Source: Clostridia bacterium
GTDB taxonomy: Bacteria; Bacillota; Clostridia; Monoglobales; Firm-18
Direction: 5' to 3'
NCBI GenBank assembly: GCA_045538345.1
Contig: JAZSRE010000178.1
Span: forward strand, 1-38,836
Length of the DNA stretch: 38,836 nucleotides
Positions 9,501 through 17,967 of the stretch are shown piece by piece (the stretch's first letter is position 1; every line of letters starts with the position of its first letter). The notes beneath the pieces are model-generated. The model ran no database searches. It worked only from the letters and a program-made list of their open reading frames with translations, and was not told the origin of the DNA. A program made the position numbers and the translations under genes.

Positions 9501-10359
9501 AGTAGTTGGAATTCGTTTTAAAAGCGTAGGTAAAATATATTATTTTGCACCGGGAAATATTCAGTTTACAAAAGGTGATTTCGCCGTTGTTGAAACTGTA
9601 CGTGGTACAGAAATAGGCGAGGTTATGCTTACAAACAGAAAAGTTCCTGAGGAAAATATTGTATCTCCGCTTAAGCCTGTTCTTAGAAAGGCAACAGACG
9701 AAGATATTAAAAAAATTGATAAAATAAAAGAAAAAGAAAAAGAAGCTTTTGAAATTTGTATGAATAAAATCAAATATCATAAGCTTGATATGCATCTTGT
9801 TGATGTGGAATATACCTTTGACGAAAATAAAATTTTGTTTTATTTTACTGCAGAGGGCAGGGTTGATTTCCGCGAATTGGTTAAGTCCCTGGCATCTGTT
9901 TTTAAGACAAGAATTGAACTTCGTCAAATAGGGGTTCGTGATGAGGCTAAGATGCTTGGTGGTATAGGCGTATGTGGCAGACCTATTTGCTGCAATTCTT
10001 TTTTGGGAGATTTTCAGCCTGTATCTATTAAAATGGCTAAGGAGCAGAATTTATCCCTTAACCCTACAAAAATATCAGGTACCTGTGGCAGACTTATGTG
10101 TTGTCTTAAGTATGAACAGTCAACTTATGAAGAAATGCTTAAATTTGTTCCGCGTGTTGATGCCATTGTTGATACAGCGGACGGTAAGGGTACAGTAATA
10201 GAAAATAACGTGCTTGCTGGTTTGGTAAAAGTGAGAATTGACCGTGGTGAAGATTCAATAGTTAACGTTTATGATGCAAAAGATGTTGTTATTTTAAAAG
10301 CGGCATCTACCAAATTAACGGCAGAAGAGCTTAAAGAGCTTAAAAAACTTGAAGAATAG
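9493..10359 (+). CDS. ricT: PSP1-domain protein RicT/YaaT
   Basis: PSP1 domain with conserved Cys clusters (GVCGRPICCNSFL, GTCGRLMCCLKYE). It overlaps holB by 8 nt and holds the conserved synteny position. Confidence 0.85.
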   Translation: MIEVVGIRFKSVGKIYYFAPGNIQFTKGDFAVVETVRGTEIGEVMLTNRKVPEENIVSPLKPVLRKATDEDIKKIDKIKEKEKEAFEICMNKIKYHKLDMHLVDVEYTFDENKILFYFTAEGRVDFRELVKSLASVFKTRIELRQIGVRDEAKMLGGIGVCGRPICCNSFLGDFQPVSIKMAKEQNLSLNPTKISGTCGRLMCCLKYEQSTYEEMLKFVPRVDAIVDTADGKGTVIENNVLAGLVKVRIDRGEDSIVNVYDAKDVVILKAASTKLTAEELKELKKLEE

Positions 10360-10415
10360 TTATTAATTTTCGGGAACGAAAAATAATATATAAATAACTT
10401 TAGGAGGTGTAAACT

Positions 10416-10586
10416 ATGGCTTATAAAATTACAGATGAATGTATTTCATGTGGTGCTTGCGTAGCAGTATGTCCTGCTGAATGTATTGCTGAAGGTGATG
10501 ACAAGTTCGTTATCGATGCTGATAAGTGCCTTGAATGCGGTGCTTGTGCAGGTGAATGCCCAGTTGGTGCTCCTGTAGCTGAATAA
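10416..10586 (+). CDS. Clostridial-type 2x[4Fe-4S] ferredoxin (56 aa); absent from the ORF track because it is under 60 aa
   Basis: My translation is MAYKITDECISCGACVAVCPAECIAEGDDKFVIDADKCLECGACAGECPVGAPVAE. It contains two CxxCxxCxxxCP motifs. TAGGAGGTG lies 5-6 nt upstream of the ATG, and a strong terminator follows. Confidence 0.9.
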   Translation: MAYKITDECISCGACVAVCPAECIAEGDDKFVIDADKCLECGACAGECPVGAPVAE

Positions 10587-10596
10587 TTTTAATTAT

Positions 10597-10656
10597 GAAA
10601 ACTGCTCGCTTGAAAACGGGTTAATTACCGTTTGAAGCGAGCAGTTTTCATTTTTT
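10597..10656. terminator. Bidirectional intrinsic terminator between the ferredoxin gene and the convergent minus-strand gene
   Basis: GAAAACTGCTCGCTT (10597-10611) pairs with AAGCGAGCAGTTTTC (10635-10649), with an inner CGG/CCG extension. TTTTTT follows on the plus strand, and a T-rich tract follows on the minus strand. Confidence 0.75.
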
Positions 10657-11278
10657 ATGGAAGTTTTTTTGCATAAATATCTTTTGTTATGCCATTTTCA
10701 AGAACAAGGTATCTTTCAGCAGTAGTGGATTTGTCATTGTATCTTACTGTTAAAATATCGTCTGTTCGGGTATAGGTACCGCTTTTTATAGTAACGTCTT
10801 TTCCCCAACGAGTTTCAAAAGACATTTTTCCGTCATCAAAAAACCACGCCATTAGGCTTTGGTCTTCGGTTTGTTCAAGCAGATATCCGTTGTTTAAAAG
10901 TTTTGCATCGGATGTTATGCCCCTGAATATTTTATTCTCTCTGTAAATATATTCATCTTTTTCTATAAATATAATTGGAGTATCACTTTCTAAAAAGGTG
11001 AGTGCAATTTTATTTCCTGATTTTTCCCAGGTTCCTTCCCCTAAAATATCTGCCTGGTTACTTGTTTTTTCGTCCTTATCATTTTGTGGGTTGTAGGCCA
11101 GGGTAAAAGTTTTGTCTTTGTTAAACTGTATATACTCCCCTGTTTCTTGCTGGGTATAGTATATACCGTTACCACCATATATTTGTTTACTGTCGTAAAT
11201 ATAAACAACTGCGGCAATAATAATGCTTATGATAATTACTGTGGCAACTGCAAATTTAATTGAATTTTTATTTCTCAT
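10655..11278 (-). CDS. Membrane-anchored hypothetical protein with lipocalin-like repeats
   Basis: N-terminal signal anchor (MRNKNSIKFAVATVIIISIIIAAVVYIY). The extracellular part shows repeated G-T-W/Y...[IL]-x-[LV]-x-[FY] patterns (GEGTWEKSGNKIALTF, KSGTYTRTDDILTVRY). AAGGAA lies 9 nt upstream of the ATG. Confidence 0.55.
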   Translation of the reverse strand: MRNKNSIKFAVATVIIISIIIAAVVYIYDSKQIYGGNGIYYTQQETGEYIQFNKDKTFTLAYNPQNDKDEKTSNQADILGEGTWEKSGNKIALTFLESDTPIIFIEKDEYIYRENKIFRGITSDAKLLNNGYLLEQTEDQSLMAWFFDDGKMSFETRWGKDVTIKSGTYTRTDDILTVRYNDKSTTAERYLVLENGITKDIYAKKLP

Positions 11279-11301
11279 AGGTTCTCATTCCTTTCATTGA
11301 A

Positions 11302-11330
11302 ATTATACAATGTTTGCACTTTTTTGTCAA
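11302..11330 (-). promoter_or_regulatory. Consensus sigma-A promoter for the 207-aa membrane-anchored protein gene
   Basis: The minus strand reads TTGACA (11330-11325), a 17-nt spacer, then TATAAT (11307-11302). Both hexamers match consensus perfectly, about 24 nt upstream of the ATG. Confidence 0.6.
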
Positions 11331-11344
11331 CAAAGGGAAGAGGC

Positions 11345-12031
11345 TTAAATGTTTAAAAATTCTTTGGTACGCCACAAAATGTCGGCAAGCATTCCGCGGG
11401 TTATTTTAATATATGGTCTGAAACTGTTGTCGGTGTATCCCTTTAAAATTTCACATTCCGTAACGGTTTTAACCGCATTTAAAGCGTATGAGGGAATAAG
11501 GTATTCATCACAATAAACAAACGTCTTATTTTTGGTTGAGGGTGTTAGTATGTTACTTAGTATTAAAGCACATTCGAGTCGGGAAATCTTTTCATCTCCG
11601 TTAAAGAAAAGCCCTGTTTTTTCAAGATTTCCCTTTATATAACCTTTTTCATACATAATTCCTACTGTGGGATATTGCCATAAAGGTATAAGAGAAGCGT
11701 CCTTAAATGGTAAGGGAATGTTATTTTTGTTTTCGCAAGGGATATTTAATATGGCGTTTAAATATAGTAAAAATTCTCCTCTGGTTATTGCCTCATCTGG
11801 CATAAAGTAATACTCACTTCCTATTTTTATACCTTTGAATATGTCCTGTTCAAAAAGCCTTTGCGCTGATGTTTTGCACCAGTGGTTATTTATATCGCAG
11901 TAAATAGTCTTTTTATCAGTGACTGCGGATGCCTCTTTTTTAGGGGAATGAAACATATCCAGTGAGAAAGCGTTTGCATTTATATAAATAAGGTTTAAAA
12001 AAACCAAAATAACAAAAAATTTTCTTTTCAT
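11345..12031 (-). CDS. Secreted protein made of three S-layer homology (SLH) domains
   Basis: Signal peptide MKRKFFVILVFLNLIYINANA, then three SLH-like repeats (…ITRGEFLLYLNAIL…, …ISRLECALILSNIL…, …ITRGMLADILWR…). GGGAGG lies 7 nt upstream of ATG 12031. The ORF track starts at 12064. Confidence 0.75.
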   Translation of the reverse strand: MKRKFFVILVFLNLIYINANAFSLDMFHSPKKEASAVTDKKTIYCDINNHWCKTSAQRLFEQDIFKGIKIGSEYYFMPDEAITRGEFLLYLNAILNIPCENKNNIPLPFKDASLIPLWQYPTVGIMYEKGYIKGNLEKTGLFFNGDEKISRLECALILSNILTPSTKNKTFVYCDEYLIPSYALNAVKTVTECEILKGYTDNSFRPYIKITRGMLADILWRTKEFLNI

Positions 12032-12156
12032 GTAGAAACCTCCCTGTTTTACTATTTTAAGCATAAACCTTGTGGTTATACAGAAAAAAATACCTTTTTT
12101 TGCAATTTGTACATATAATTTTGCAAGGCAAATATAAATAAAACAGAGGTGGTTAA

Positions 12157-13275
12157 ATGAATTTTTTTGTTAAGGAAAGTTATGGTGTTATATGGAATTT
12201 TTATCATAATTCTCATGGTATTTGTTATTGCAAAATGTCGGACGACAACATTACACGGTACAATGTTTTAATACCAGACGCTTTGGAGGATTTTGATGTG
12301 GCAGTTGACGATACCGACTGTGTGCACATAGTTTATCAAAACAATGAAGGGGATATTTTATATGTAACCCATTTTGAGGATACCTGGCGAAAGACGGTTT
12401 TGCTAAAAAGCAAAAGCAAAAAAGTGTATCCTAAGCACTTTTCCCTAAAGGTTGGAAATGGGCGACTGGACCTTATGTATTGCGTAGAATATGGAGGGCA
12501 AAAAATGTTGGTGCACCAGCCTGTAAATGACGAATATTACGACCCCAATGTAATTGACTGTATTAAAGATGACTTTTGTACAGGTTGTGATGTTGGGAAA
12601 AACCCAATGGTGTTATATTACAGTATGACGGAAAAAGGGTGGGGAATAAAAAAGTATATAAATGATGAAAAAAGGTGGACTGACTTTATTCCTGTAAATA
12701 TGTCCCACAAGGTCAAAAATCCGTTTTTATACATAGATGAAGATGACCAGGTGCACATTGTTTATGAAAAAGATATGAGTATTATAGAATATTTTAAAGG
12801 TGAAGAAAATATAGTGGGCACGGGCAGAAGGCCGGTTATGTTTTTTCAAAATGAAGAAATTATAACCTGGGAAAGTACGGTTGACAACAAGGTGTTTTTA
12901 AAGAGAAAAAGCGATACTGCACCTACTGTAATTATGTATGGCGGTTTTTCAAGCCCACGGCAATTTGGCATAAGATATACCGGTTATGAAACTTCTTTAA
13001 ATGCAGATTGCTGTAAGGGGAATGTTGTGAATGGAAATGTAAGGTTGTATGGAATAAACAATTTTTTTGCAGTTTCAAAAAGACCGCCTGCTATGCCTGA
13101 TGAGGGTGAAAAAGACGATGTTGACAGGTATATTGATTTTAAAAAATTAAATATAAAAATAAATCAGCTCGAGGCTATAATAGAAGGGTTACAACGAAAG
13201 ATTGATGAATTTGACAATATAAAAATTAACCGCCGTTTAAGTAACCTTGAAACGGCGGTTAAAGATAAATTTTAG
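12157..13275 (+). CDS. Hypothetical cytoplasmic protein with propeller-like repeats and a C-terminal coiled coil
   Basis: 372 aa with no signal peptide. It has repeated hhhhY...W strand motifs (VHIVYQNNEGDILYVTHFEDTW, VHIVYEKDMSIIEYF, MVLYYSMTEKGWG). The C-terminal heptad region is KLNIKINQLEAIIEGLQRKIDEF...LSNLETAV. GAGGTGG lies upstream of the ATG. Confidence 0.5.
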   Translation: MNFFVKESYGVIWNFYHNSHGICYCKMSDDNITRYNVLIPDALEDFDVAVDDTDCVHIVYQNNEGDILYVTHFEDTWRKTVLLKSKSKKVYPKHFSLKVGNGRLDLMYCVEYGGQKMLVHQPVNDEYYDPNVIDCIKDDFCTGCDVGKNPMVLYYSMTEKGWGIKKYINDEKRWTDFIPVNMSHKVKNPFLYIDEDDQVHIVYEKDMSIIEYFKGEENIVGTGRRPVMFFQNEEIITWESTVDNKVFLKRKSDTAPTVIMYGGFSSPRQFGIRYTGYETSLNADCCKGNVVNGNVRLYGINNFFAVSKRPPAMPDEGEKDDVDRYIDFKKLNIKINQLEAIIEGLQRKIDEFDNIKINRRLSNLETAVKDKF

Positions 13276-14309
13276 TTGCTAAGCTGTACGCTTAACCATA
13301 TATCAGAATATTTTTCTGTTACTTTTTGTGAATAGGTAAATGCCTCACAATTTGCAAGAGTTTCGGGAAGTGGATAGTATACTTCAGTATCTGATTCTTC
13401 CTCCGGATATGTTCCCAAAACAGGAGAAACATACCCTGTTTCAATCATATTTTTCTGCGCAACTTCCTTACTGCACATAAAGTTTATAAATTTCATTGCA
13501 AGTTCTTTTTGCTTGGCGGTTTTTAAAACCACAAAGCCGTCTACCCATTTGTTGCTGCCCTCTTTTGGTACGGCATAAGTAAGGCTTCCTGTATCATCAA
13601 GGCTTAGCGCATAGGCAGCCTCACCTGAATATGCAAGGGTCAAAAGCCCTTCACCTGCTACCATTTTATCTACCATTTCGTCTGTGATATATGCCTGTAC
13701 AAGCGGTTTTTGTTTTATAAGCAATTGCTTTGCTTGTTCAAGTTCGTATTCATCAGTAGAGTTTACGCTATATCCAAGGTGAATAAGTGCGGCACCCAAA
13801 GCATCTCGCACGCTGTCCAGCATAAATATCTGCCCTTTGTATTTGGGGTCAAACAACATACCGAAGCTTGCGTCTTTTTCTTCAACACCTGTTTCGGTTT
13901 TGTTGTATAAAATACCTATTGTACCTACCATATAAGGAATACTGTAAATATTTCCATGGTCATATACAGGATCAAGATATTGGGAATCCAGGTTACTTGC
14001 GTTTGGAATCATTGATTTATCGAGTTTTTCTGCTCTGCCTTCCTGAATTAATCTGTCAATAAAATAATCGGAAGGGACTACAATGTCGTAAGTGTATGTG
14101 TTGTTTGAAATTTGTACATACATACTTTCGTTACTGTCAAATTCGTCGTACACAACTTTGCAGTTGTAAAGTTCTTCAAATTCTTCCAAAACCGCAGTAT
14201 CAATATACTTACCTGCATTATATACTTTTAAAACCGGTGTTGAATCCGCACAAGAACAAAGAGTAAGTGCAATAATGCACAAAATTAAAAGCAAACTAAT
14301 TTTTTTCAA
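13272..14309 (-). CDS. potD: Spermidine/putrescine ABC transporter substrate-binding lipoprotein
   Basis: Lipoprotein signal (…IALTLCSCADS) and a PotD/PotF-type binding-protein body. It is the last gene of a potA-B-C-D ordered operon. Confidence 0.85.
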   Translation of the reverse strand: MKKISLLLILCIIALTLCSCADSTPVLKVYNAGKYIDTAVLEEFEELYNCKVVYDEFDSNESMYVQISNNTYTYDIVVPSDYFIDRLIQEGRAEKLDKSMIPNASNLDSQYLDPVYDHGNIYSIPYMVGTIGILYNKTETGVEEKDASFGMLFDPKYKGQIFMLDSVRDALGAALIHLGYSVNSTDEYELEQAKQLLIKQKPLVQAYITDEMVDKMVAGEGLLTLAYSGEAAYALSLDDTGSLTYAVPKEGSNKWVDGFVVLKTAKQKELAMKFINFMCSKEVAQKNMIETGYVSPVLGTYPEEESDTEVYYPLPETLANCEAFTYSQKVTEKYSDIWLSVQLSN

Positions 14310-15078
14310 TTTTCACATCTCCTTTGTCTGACCTTCTGTTAATAATAAGGAGAAGCAGCATAACCACAGCAAACATTATGGTTGAAAGCGCGTTTATGCT
14401 TGGTACTACACCTCTTTTTGCCATATTGTACACGTGAACTGAAAGGGTGTTAACCCCTGGACCTTTTGCAAAAAGACTTATTACAAAGTCATCAATTGAA
14501 AGAGTGACGGAAAGCAAAAAGCCCGAAACAATACCCGGCATTATTTCCGGAAGTATTATACGGAAAAATGTATAAACACTTCCTGCACCAAGGTCTTGTG
14601 CCGCTTCAAAGAGATGTTCATTCATCTGCTTTAGTTTTGGCATAACCGAAAGTATAACATAGGGTATATTAAAGGATATGTGTGCTATAAGCAAAGTCCA
14701 GAAGCCTTTTTGAATGTTAAGAGTAAGGAATAACATCAAAAGGGAAACACCTGTTACAATATCAGGGTTCATTACCGGCAGGTATGAAACTGCAGATAAA
14801 ACGGCTTTTGGTCTTTTTTTCATATAGTGCATACCAAATGCTGTAACTGTGCCAACAACAGTTGCAATTATTGCAGATAACAGAGCAATAAGCAATGTTG
14901 TTTCAAGTGCAGACATTGTTTCTGCATCCTGGAATAGTTCGCCATACCATTTAAGAGTAAACCCGCCCCATTTACCTCTGGAACGTGAATCGTTAAAGGA
15001 ATATAGCATAAGAATAAGTATAGGTGCGTATAAAAACAGGAATACGATACCTATATAAGCTTTTTTCAAAAATCTCAA
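14296..15078 (-). CDS. potC: Spermidine/putrescine ABC transporter permease
   Basis: Six-TM permease with an EAA loop (EAAQDLGAGSVYTFFRIILP). It overlaps potB by 4 nt and potD by 14 nt. Confidence 0.85.
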   Translation of the reverse strand: MRFLKKAYIGIVFLFLYAPILILMLYSFNDSRSRGKWGGFTLKWYGELFQDAETMSALETTLLIALLSAIIATVVGTVTAFGMHYMKKRPKAVLSAVSYLPVMNPDIVTGVSLLMLFLTLNIQKGFWTLLIAHISFNIPYVILSVMPKLKQMNEHLFEAAQDLGAGSVYTFFRIILPEIMPGIVSGFLLSVTLSIDDFVISLFAKGPGVNTLSVHVYNMAKRGVVPSINALSTIMFAVVMLLLLIINRRSDKGDVKIEKN

Positions 15079-15902
15079 AACAACCCGCCTCCTTCCGAAT
15101 TATCGTCAGGGTTAAGCTTGTCTGAAACTGCCATGGAAATAAGTATAATTACAATAAGAATAAGTGACAAAGCACCACCAAATGAAGATGTACTGCTTAC
15201 TTCCATAAATTGTTTTTCAATAATGTTACCTATAAGCATTTGCTGTCCGCCGCCCAATAGCTTTGAAATAACAAATGTTGTAACCGCAGGCATAAATACC
15301 ATTGCTATACCTGAATATACACCCGGCATACTAAGAGGAAACTCAACACGCATAAATGTCTGTAATTTGTTTGCGCCAAGGTCGTATGATGCCTGTACAA
15401 CGCTTTTGTCCATTTTTGCAAGTGCTGTGTATATTGGCAAAATCATAAATGGTAAGTAGTTATATACCATACCCAAAAGTACAGCGCTCTCGTTATATAA
15501 AAGCTGGTACGGACCAAGGTTGAAAAAGCCAAGTATTTTGTTTATTATTCCGTTGTTTTCAAGAATTGTAAGCCATGCGTATGTTCGAAGAAGAAAGTTC
15601 ATCCACATAGGTGCAATTACCAAAAACAACAGTGTGTCTTTTTGTTTAAAAGATGTTCTTGCAAGTATCATCGCAACAGGATACCCAATAACCAGACACA
15701 AAACTGTACAGTAAATTGCAAGCTTAAAAGAGTACAGTATAACTTTAAGGTACAAAGGGTCGAAGCACTTTAAAATATAGTGCATTGTGAACGAGCCTGT
15801 TGCCTGGTCATACACACTGTAAAAAAGAACCATTACCAACGGAATAACTGTAAAAAGTATAGCCCATATTATGTACGGGTAAGCTGATACAGATTTTTTC
15901 AT
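15075..15902 (-). CDS. potB: Spermidine/putrescine ABC transporter permease
   Basis: Six-TM permease with an EAA loop ([20 protein letters not shown]). It overlaps potA by 4 nt. Confidence 0.85.
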   Translation of the reverse strand: MKKSVSAYPYIIWAILFTVIPLVMVLFYSVYDQATGSFTMHYILKCFDPLYLKVILYSFKLAIYCTVLCLVIGYPVAMILARTSFKQKDTLLFLVIAPMWMNFLLRTYAWLTILENNGIINKILGFFNLGPYQLLYNESAVLLGMVYNYLPFMILPIYTALAKMDKSVVQASYDLGANKLQTFMRVEFPLSMPGVYSGIAMVFMPAVTTFVISKLLGGGQQMLIGNIIEKQFMEVSSTSSFGGALSLILIVIILISMAVSDKLNPDDNSEGGGLF

Positions 15903-16951
15903 TCCGCATTTTCCGCCTTTCTCATAATGTGAATTTCGTCAGGGAAAATGTTCATGCCAACATGGCTTCCGGCAGGAGCCATAGAGGTTGAATGAACAGT
16001 CCATATATAATTATCGGACGAAATTTTCATTTCGTAGTGTACACCTTTGAAAATTACGGAATCTACATGTCCTGAAAGCATACCTTCTTCAGGATTATCC
16101 ACAATTTTTATATCCTCAGGGCGGATAACAACGTCAACAGTTTCATTTTCACCAAAGCCTTTATCCACACATTTAAAATCTCTGTCGGCAAATTTCACAA
16201 GGTAATCTTCCTTCATAACACCATCCAAAATATTACTTTCACCAATAAAATCTGCAACAAATGCGTTAGTTGGTTCGTTGTATATATCCACAGGAGTACC
16301 CATCTGCTGGATAACACCGTTTTTCATAACAACGATAGTATCCGACATTGTAAGAGCTTCTTCCTGGTCATGTGTTACATATATAAACGTAATTCCAAGT
16401 CTTTGTTGAATTTTCTTAAGTTCGGTCTGCATGCTTTTACGAAGTTTAAGGTCAAGCGCACCTAAAGGTTCGTCAAGCAAAAGTACCTCGGGTTCATTTA
16501 CAAGTGCTCGTGCTATTGCAACACGTTGTTGCTGACCACCGCTTAAAGAGGTAACCGAACGTTTTTCAAACCCTTTAAGATTAACAAGAGAAAGCATTTC
16601 CCTTACCTTAGCATCAATTTCATTTTTTGGCATTTTTTTAATTTTTAACCCAAAGGCTACGTTTTCATAAACATTCATATGCGGAAAAAGGGCATATTTT
16701 TGGAAAACGGTGTTAAGGTTTCTTTTGTTTGGCGGCAAGTCATTTATATTAACAACATCAAAAAATACGTTGCCACCGTCAGCAGTTTCAAAGCCTCCGA
16801 TAATTCTTAGCATAGTGGTTTTTCCGCAACCACTTGGCCCAAGCAACGTGAAAAATTCATTCTTTTTAATTGATAGACTTACTGAATCCAAAACCTTTTC
16901 ATTGTCAAATGATTTTGTTACGTTTTCTAAACGTATAACATCTTGTTTCAT
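15899..16951 (-). CDS. potA: Spermidine/putrescine ABC transporter ATPase
   Basis: Walker [10 protein letters not shown], signature [15 protein letters not shown], Walker [12 protein letters not shown] and a C-terminal TOBE-like regulatory domain. AAAGGGG lies 8 nt upstream of the ATG. Confidence 0.9.
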   Translation of the reverse strand: MKQDVIRLENVTKSFDNEKVLDSVSLSIKKNEFFTLLGPSGCGKTTMLRIIGGFETADGGNVFFDVVNINDLPPNKRNLNTVFQKYALFPHMNVYENVAFGLKIKKMPKNEIDAKVREMLSLVNLKGFEKRSVTSLSGGQQQRVAIARALVNEPEVLLLDEPLGALDLKLRKSMQTELKKIQQRLGITFIYVTHDQEEALTMSDTIVVMKNGVIQQMGTPVDIYNEPTNAFVADFIGESNILDGVMKEDYLVKFADRDFKCVDKGFGENETVDVVIRPEDIKIVDNPEEGMLSGHVDSVIFKGVHYEMKISSDNYIWTVHSTSMAPAGSHVGMNIFPDEIHIMRKAENAE

Positions 16952-16983
16952 TTATCAAACCCCTTTCTTTTACCAATACAATC

Positions 16984-17012
16984 ATAGTATAATTTTTTTG
17001 GCGTTTTGTCAA
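16984..17012 (-). promoter_or_regulatory. Candidate sigma-A promoter for potABCD
   Basis: The minus strand reads TTGACA (17012-17007). It is followed either by a 17-nt spacer and TACTAT (16989-16984), or by a 15-nt spacer and TATACT (16991-16986). Confidence 0.45.
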
Positions 17013-17069
17013 TATTATTTTGAAAATTTGTAAAAATAATTACATATTAATATATAAAAAATATACGTG

Positions 17070-17098
17070 TTGAATTTGTGCGGATTTTGTGGTATACT
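17070..17098 (+). promoter_or_regulatory. Candidate sigma-A promoter (extended -10) for the TPR protein gene
   Basis: TTGAAT (17070-17075), a 17-nt spacer ending in TGg, then TATACT (17093-17098). Confidence 0.5.
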
Positions 17099-17135
17099 CA
17101 CAATGTAGATTTAATTGGATATATGGAGGAAAATT

Positions 17136-17891
17136 ATGTTCACAGTTGCGGTTTTGACATTTTGTGTTTTAGTTATTTACCTTATAAAAAACCGAAGCAA
17201 TATCTTGGCTTCAATAGCACAGTATAAATATGGCTTTGGAAATGCAGACGGGGCGTTAAAGCTTTATGCATTTGCTTCAAAGTTTGGCAAAATGAAGTTT
17301 GACCATCGCGTAAGGTATGCATACCTTACCTTAAAAGAGGGATATGTTGAAGAGGCAAACAAGCTTTTTAACCTTATTGGGCTTGATAAATTAAAACCCC
17401 ATGAACGTGCAAAATTAAAAGGGTCACATGCCCTTGTGCTTTGGAAAAAGGGAGAAGTTGGTGAGGCAATAGAAATGCTTGAGTATGTTCACCGGCATTA
17501 TGCTTCCACAACAACTTACGGAAGCCTTGGGTATATGTATGTTCACCGTGGCAACCTTGAAAAGGCTTTGGAATACAACCTTGAGGCGTATGAATACAAC
17601 AACACAGATGATATTATTGTGGATAATCTTGCATTTACATATCTTAAAATGAAGGATTATGAAAATGCTGAAAAATACTATAATGAGCTTTTTGAACTTT
17701 CGCCTGCATTTCCTGAGGGATATTATGAATATGGCAAATATTTAATAGAGGTAAAGGGGAATAAGGAAGAAGGCATAGAATATATTAAAAAAGCACTTAA
17801 CGGCAGATATTCTTTCCTTTCAATGTTTACAAGAAGGGACGTTCTTGACTATCTCGAACAGTGTGGAGAAGATATTTCAACACTTGTTTAA
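17136..17891 (+). CDS. Membrane-anchored tetratricopeptide (TPR) repeat protein
   Basis: N-terminal TM helix (MFTVAVLTFCVLVIYLI), then several 34-aa TPR-like units (…GNLEKALEYNLEAYEYN…, …DYENAEKYYNELFELSP…). GGAGG lies 6 nt upstream of ATG 17136. The ORF track starts at TTG 17115. Confidence 0.7.
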   Translation: MFTVAVLTFCVLVIYLIKNRSNILASIAQYKYGFGNADGALKLYAFASKFGKMKFDHRVRYAYLTLKEGYVEEANKLFNLIGLDKLKPHERAKLKGSHALVLWKKGEVGEAIEMLEYVHRHYASTTTYGSLGYMYVHRGNLEKALEYNLEAYEYNNTDDIIVDNLAFTYLKMKDYENAEKYYNELFELSPAFPEGYYEYGKYLIEVKGNKEEGIEYIKKALNGRYSFLSMFTRRDVLDYLEQCGEDISTLV

Positions 17892-17967
17892 TAATTTAAT
17901 ATAATAAGTATATCAGTTCCTTGCAGGGGTATAATTAATAATGAATACTCTTGAAGGGACTGTTTTT

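Noticed and set aside
5980-9927. Other long antisense ORFs (5980-6411, 8256-8744, 9490-9927, and similarly 26847-27257)
   Set aside because: Each lies fully inside and opposite a conserved gene (rho, darA/holB, ricT, cca). Their composition is low-complexity, and they have no RBS or independent signals.
10367-10382. The hairpin TTTTCG-GGAA-CGAAAA after ricT as an intrinsic terminator
   Set aside because: The stem is only 6 bp and AT-rich, and it is followed by A-rich sequence rather than U-rich sequence on the plus strand. I kept it only as a possible RNA processing or stability element.
17014-17028. CodY-box-like ATTATTTTGAAAATT (12 of 15 matches to AATTTTCWGAAAATT) next to the potA -35
   Set aside because: AT-rich palindromic 15-mers at this mismatch level are expected by chance in an intergenic region of this composition. 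Without comparative or binding data I cannot separate it from background.
17930-17935. TATAAT hexamer 5 nt before the ORF-track murA ATG, as a promoter
   Set aside because: There is no acceptable -35 or extended -10 upstream. I used it only as weak support for moving the murA start to TTG 17968, which rests mainly on the RBS and the homolog-like N-terminus.
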